Shown: in pieces, positions 57,570-64,000 of the stretch
How the letters are laid out: each line of letters opens with the position of its first letter
Numbering within the stretch: the stretch's first letter is position 1
Assembly (NCBI GenBank): GCA_965223545.1
Contig: OZ245006.1
Location: 1,216,001-1,280,000, forward strand
DNA: 64,000 nucleotides
DNA from: Planctomycetota bacterium
Lineage (GTDB): Bacteria > Planctomycetota > UBA1135 > UBA2386
Reading direction: 5' to 3'
The notes under the pieces: generated by a model
What the model was told of the DNA's origin: nothing
The model's database searches: none
Seen by the model: only the letters and a program-made list of their open reading frames with translations
Position numbers and translations under genes: made by a program

Positions 57570-60083
57570 ATGCGCGCTCTCCTCCCAGTTGCCCTCACCC
57601 TCCTCCTGGCCCATCCCGGGTACGGGCAAGACTCGCAGCGCACGATGCTGGTCCGCGTCACCACCGGGACGTTCGCCGAGGAGGCCGCGGTCCGGCGCGC
57701 GCTCCCCGACCTCGACATCGTGCGTCGCACTTCCCCACTCTCGCTCGAGGCGCTGGTCCACCAGCAAGAGCTGGAGGAGCTGCGCTCGGCGGGGTTCTCG
57801 GTCGAGGTCGTGCACCGAGACCTGGCACAGTTCTATGCCCAGCGCCTGCAGCCGGTGGAGTTCGATGCCTCGCCGACCGCCCGCACCGGCTTGCCGCTCG
57901 GCAGCATGGGCGGCTACCTGACCTACGACGAGATCAACGCGCTGCTCGACACGTGGCGCCAGCAGTACCCCAACCTGATCACCGCGCGCCAATCGATCGG
58001 CAAGTCGGTCGAGGGCCGCGATCAGTGGATCGTCAAAGTGTCGGCGAACGCCGACGCCGACGAGGCGGAGCCGGAGATCTTCTGGGAGACGTTGATCCAC
58101 GCCCGCGAGCCCGGCGGAATGATGTCGGCGATGCGCACCGTCGAGTATCTGCTGTCCAACTACGGCACCGACCCCGAAGTCACCGACCTGCTCGACAACC
58201 GCGAGCTCTGGTACCTGCCGGTGATGAACGTCGACGGCTACGAGTACAACCGGCAGACCAACCCCGGTGGCGGCGGGCTGTGGCGCAAGAACCGGCAGCT
58301 GGTCGCCGCCAACACCTACGGCGTCGACCTCAACCGCAACTTCGGCTACCAGTGGGGCTACGACAACCGCGGCAGCTCGGGAACGCCGACCAGCGAGACC
58401 TACCGCGGTCCCTCTGCATTCAGCGAGCCCGAGGCCCGCAACGTGCGTGACTTCATCACTGCGCGCACACCGCTCGGCATGACCTCGGGCTGGGATCTCC
58501 ATGCCTTCGGCCAGCTCTGCATGTGGCCGTGGGGCTACAGCGCGGCGCTGTCACCGCGGCATTTGGCCTACCAGGAGATGACCCGCGAGATGACGCGGGA
58601 GAGCCGCAGCGTCATCGGCACGATCTTCGCCGCGCTGTACGCCATCAACGGTGGCGCGGCGGACTGGTTCGAAGGCGGCCAGGGACTCTGGGGCTGGCTG
58701 CCGGAGATCGGTGAGGACTTCTGGCCGATCACCTCGCGCATCCTCGCCCTGGCCGAGGAGAACGTGCACATGCTGGTGACTTCGATCAAGTACGCCGGCC
58801 CCTACCTGGAAGAGCAGCGCACCGACTGGATCGAGGTCGGCGACGGCGACGGGGTCCTGGAGCCCGGAGAACGCGTGCAGATCGTGTCCTTCGCGCGCAA
58901 TCTCGGCGTGCAGACCGCCAACAACGTGCGCTTCGAGCTGCGCAGCCCGAACCCGTTCGCGCGCGTCGAGATCGGCAGCTCCCCGCTGGGCAACACACCG
59001 ATGCACACCGATGTCGACAACAGCCAATCGCCGCTACAGGCGCTGGTGCCGAGCTACACGGCGCCCGGCACGCGGCTGCCGCTCGAGCTGACCTACCGCT
59101 TCGACGGGCACGTGCTGCGCCACACGGTCGATCTCGTGGTCGGGCAGCGGGCGCTGCTGGTGCGCGACCCGTGCGAGACGCGCAGCTGGACCACCGGCCT
59201 ACCCGGTGACACCGCGGTCCGCGGCCAGTGGACCTGGGGTGACCCCAACCCGACGTTCTCGCACCCCGCCGTCCGCTACGCAGTCCAATCTGGCAACGAC
59301 CACACCCCCGACGGCGGCGTCAACTGCTACATCACCGGCAATCAGCAGACGACGCTCGCATCCGCCGACGACGTCGACGGCGGGCACACCACGCTGCTGT
59401 CGCCGGTGTTCGACCTGTCGACAGCGCGCAATCCGTACATCCAGCTGTGGTATTGGTTCGTCGACCACGGCCGCGTACCGCAAGACGACGTCTTGGAGAT
59501 CGCGGTCACCAGCGATGGGCAGAGCTGGGTGCCGGTTCTGCAGGAGACCCGCTCCCGTCCCGAGTGGCAGCGGCTGTTCTTCCGCCTGCGCGATTACGTG
59601 ACGCCGAGCGCCACCGTGCAGCTCCGCGTGATCGCAGCGGATGCGCCGGACAACAGCGACTGCGAGGCGGCGATCGACGATCTGCGCATCACGGACTACG
59701 ACGACGGTGTCCGGCTGACCGCGGGCGGCCCGGCGCGCATCGGGCAGACCGTCGCGCTCCAGCTGCAGGCAACTCGATCGGCCAACCAGCCATACGCAAC
59801 CGCAGTCGCCCTCGGCACGAGCCCGGGCATCGCGCTGCCGAGCGGACGCGTGATCCCGCTAAACCCCGACCCCCTCTTCGCCACGGTCGCCTCCGTGCCC
59901 GCCGTGTTTCAGAACTTCGTCGGCCAACTCGACGCAGCCGGCAACGCGACCGCAGGCATCGCGATCCCGGCATCACCGAGCTTGATCGGCACCACACTGT
60001 TCGCAGCGTTCGTCACCGGCAGCCCGGGCGCGCCGGAGGGGATCGCCGACATCAGTCCGGCGCTGCCACTCACGATCCAGTAG
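57570..60083 (+). CDS. Secreted M14 zinc carboxypeptidase with accessory beta domains and the shared C-terminal domain
   Basis: IHAREP, NVDGY, WRKNR, GVDLNRNF, YRGPSAFSEPE, DLHAFG, PEIG; signal peptide ending GYG|Q. Confidence 0.93.
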   Translation: MRALLPVALTLLLAHPGYGQDSQRTMLVRVTTGTFAEEAAVRRALPDLDIVRRTSPLSLEALVHQQELEELRSAGFSVEVVHRDLAQFYAQRLQPVEFDASPTARTGLPLGSMGGYLTYDEINALLDTWRQQYPNLITARQSIGKSVEGRDQWIVKVSANADADEAEPEIFWETLIHAREPGGMMSAMRTVEYLLSNYGTDPEVTDLLDNRELWYLPVMNVDGYEYNRQTNPGGGGLWRKNRQLVAANTYGVDLNRNFGYQWGYDNRGSSGTPTSETYRGPSAFSEPEARNVRDFITARTPLGMTSGWDLHAFGQLCMWPWGYSAALSPRHLAYQEMTREMTRESRSVIGTIFAALYAINGGAADWFEGGQGLWGWLPEIGEDFWPITSRILALAEENVHMLVTSIKYAGPYLEEQRTDWIEVGDGDGVLEPGERVQIVSFARNLGVQTANNVRFELRSPNPFARVEIGSSPLGNTPMHTDVDNSQSPLQALVPSYTAPGTRLPLELTYRFDGHVLRHTVDLVVGQRALLVRDPCETRSWTTGLPGDTAVRGQWTWGDPNPTFSHPAVRYAVQSGNDHTPDGGVNCYITGNQQTTLASADDVDGGHTTLLSPVFDLSTARNPYIQLWYWFVDHGRVPQDDVLEIAVTSDGQSWVPVLQETRSRPEWQRLFFRLRDYVTPSATVQLRVIAADAPDNSDCEAAIDDLRITDYDDGVRLTAGGPARIGQTVALQLQATRSANQPYATAVALGTSPGIALPSGRVIPLNPDPLFATVASVPAVFQNFVGQLDAAGNATAGIAIPASPSLIGTTLFAAFVTGSPGAPEGIADISPALPLTIQ

Positions 60084-60210
60084 CGCCGGCGCCGACCGGT
60101 CGCTGGTGAACTCCGCACCGCGATTTCGGTGGTTGGCCGGAGGTGCGGGACCGCCGCGGTGGCCTAGGGTCGGGCTCCTTCAACCTCTCCCTGCAAACGG
60201 AGCCCTGACT

Positions 60211-60507
60211 GTGGAACAGATCGTCCCCTGGATCGTGCGGATCATCGGCGGTGCGCTCGGCGGCAACATCGCCGGCGGCATCCTCAAGAACCTGAGCCTC
60301 GGCAAGCTCGGCAACTCACTCGCCGGCATTCTCGGCGGCGGCCTCGGTGCTCAGCTGCTCAGCATGCTGGGCATCCTCGGCGGCGGTGAGGCAGCGGGCG
60401 GCGGCCTCGACCTCGGCAGCATCCTCGGCAACCTCGGCGCCTCCGGCGCCGGCGGTGGCGTGCTGATGGCGATCGTCGGCGCGCTGAAGAAGATGTTCGG
60501 CAAGTAG
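60211..60507 (+). CDS. Small glycine-rich (glycine-zipper) membrane protein
   Basis: GGALGGNIAGGILKNLSLGKLGNSLAGILGGGLG...GGGVLMAIVGALKK; GTG start after a GGAG-like RBS. Confidence 0.8.
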   Translation: MEQIVPWIVRIIGGALGGNIAGGILKNLSLGKLGNSLAGILGGGLGAQLLSMLGILGGGEAAGGGLDLGSILGNLGASGAGGGVLMAIVGALKKMFGK

Positions 60508-60530
60508 CCGCAAGGCGCGGGCGCGGCTGT

Positions 60531-62957
<2,427 letters not shown>

Positions 62958-62996
62958 GCTGCGGCCTGCGCGCTATCGATGGGACCCAGCCACCCG

Positions 62997-63407
62997 TCAG
63001 TGGGTGATCTTCGGCTCCATCTCCTTGGCCTGCGTGATCCAGTCGGTCACGGTCGCCAGAGCTGGCGTGGCCTTGGCCAACTGCTTCTCGTCGTTGACCT
63101 CCTTCATCTTGGCCGTCAGGTTCTCGGCGTTGCGCGTCCGCAACTCCTTGACGGTGTCCACGCCCGCGCACTCGAGCATCTCGGCGTACTGCTTGCCGAC
63201 GCCGGAGATCCGCATCAGGTCGGCCATGTTGGCCCACTTGAGCAGCAGGGTCTCGCTGATGCCGGTGGCGTCGGCCGACGCCTTGCGGCCGGCCTTGTCG
63301 CAGCACTTCTCGAGAAAGTCGTCCGTCGTGTTGAAGCCGGCTTCCTTCAGCTTGGCGCCGTAGGCGGGACCGATGCCTTCGACTTCTTCAATGGGGTAGC
63401 TGGGCAT
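62997..63407 (-). CDS. DUF4332 / helix-hairpin-helix protein
   Basis: IEEVEGIGPAY..KL, WANMADLMRISGVG.QYAEMLECAGVDTVKELRTRN. Confidence 0.88.
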   Translation of the reverse strand: MPSYPIEEVEGIGPAYGAKLKEAGFNTTDDFLEKCCDKAGRKASADATGISETLLLKWANMADLMRISGVGKQYAEMLECAGVDTVKELRTRNAENLTAKMKEVNDEKQLAKATPALATVTDWITQAKEMEPKITH

Positions 63408-63508
63408 GGATTCCTCGTCGATTCAGGGGCGGTTGGGAGCCGCGTCGGTGCCCGGAATATAGCCAGGCGATGGCCGATTGCGACACTCCGAACGATTAGC
63501 ATGCGCGC

Positions 63509-64000
63509 ATGCCGACCGACAACGAAATCGCACGCTCCGCAAACGTGCGCCCGATCGCCGAGGTCGCCGCAGACCTCGGCCTGGCGCCGGGCGACTGGCG
63601 GCCGTACGGGCACGACATCGCCAAGGTCGACCCCGGTGTGTTGCGTCGCCCGCGCTCGCGCGACGGCGACTGCCGGCTGATCCTGGTCTCCGCGATCACT
63701 CCGACCCCGGCCGGAGAAGGCAAGACCACGACCAGCATCGGCCTCGCGCAGGGCCTGAACCGGATCGGCAAGCACGCCTGTCTCGCGCTGCGCGAACCGT
63801 CGCTCGGACCGTCGTTCGGCATGAAAGGTGGAGCGACGGGCGGCGGCTACAGCCAGGTCGTGCCGCGCGAACGCATCAACCTGCACTTCACCGGCGACTT
63901 CCACGCCGTCACCTCCGCCCACAATCTGCTCGCCGCCATCCTCGACAACCAGATCTACTTCGGCAACCAGCTGCGTATCGACCCGCGCCGCATCCTCTGG
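63509..64000 (+). CDS. fhs: Formate--tetrahydrofolate ligase (5' part; runs off the window)
   Basis: Not in the ORF track. Manual translation: MPTDNEIAR...PYGHDIAK...[18 protein letters not shown]...[23 protein letters not shown]...[10 protein letters not shown]. Confidence 0.96.
   Translation, partial: MPTDNEIARSANVRPIAEVAADLGLAPGDWRPYGHDIAKVDPGVLRRPRSRDGDCRLILVSAITPTPAGEGKTTTSIGLAQGLNRIGKHACLALREPSLGPSFGMKGGATGGGYSQVVPRERINLHFTGDFHAVTSAHNLLAAILDNQIYFGNQLRIDPRRILW

Noticed and set aside
63408..63508. ZTP or THF riboswitch upstream of fhs
   Set aside because: The intergenic region is only about 100 nt, is shared with a divergent gene, and has no recognisable consensus.

Overview
GC-rich bacterial chromosomal window. 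It is most likely from Planctomycetota, inferred from the short NusA N-terminal domain, the absence of rimP, a kinase-linked ECF sigma, membrane-anchored ECF fusions, and FG-GAP and sulfatase proteins. I call 45 CDS. Housekeeping genes include nusA-infB-DUF503-rbfA, recJ, polA, thiS-thiG, an rlmI-like gene, fhs (partial) and selA-selD. Accessory genes encode many signal-peptide proteins and three ECF sigma modules. The main findings are: (1) a membrane-tethered ECF sigma (8263-10494) whose upstream bipartite motif GAG[AT]CC[CG]-N11-GCGGCAAC recurs with identical spacing before a PDZ/aspartyl protease and an SxxC-thioredoxin/TPR/TolB protein, defining a candidate regulon; (2) a second membrane-tethered ECF with back-to-back GTGAC-N23-GGGAAG motifs facing itself and an FG-GAP gene; (3) a ~110-120 aa C-terminal domain shared by unrelated secreted proteins, a candidate sorting signal; (4) Gln directly after the predicted signal peptide in 12 of 13 secreted proteins; (5) selD with an in-frame UGA (Sec) that the ORF track splits; (6) a 152-nt rod-like, possibly 6S-like RNA, and a rimP-leader-type attenuator with no rimP behind it. 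No CRISPR array, rRNA, tRNA or mobile element was seen. All calls come from reading motifs by eye; no database searches were run.
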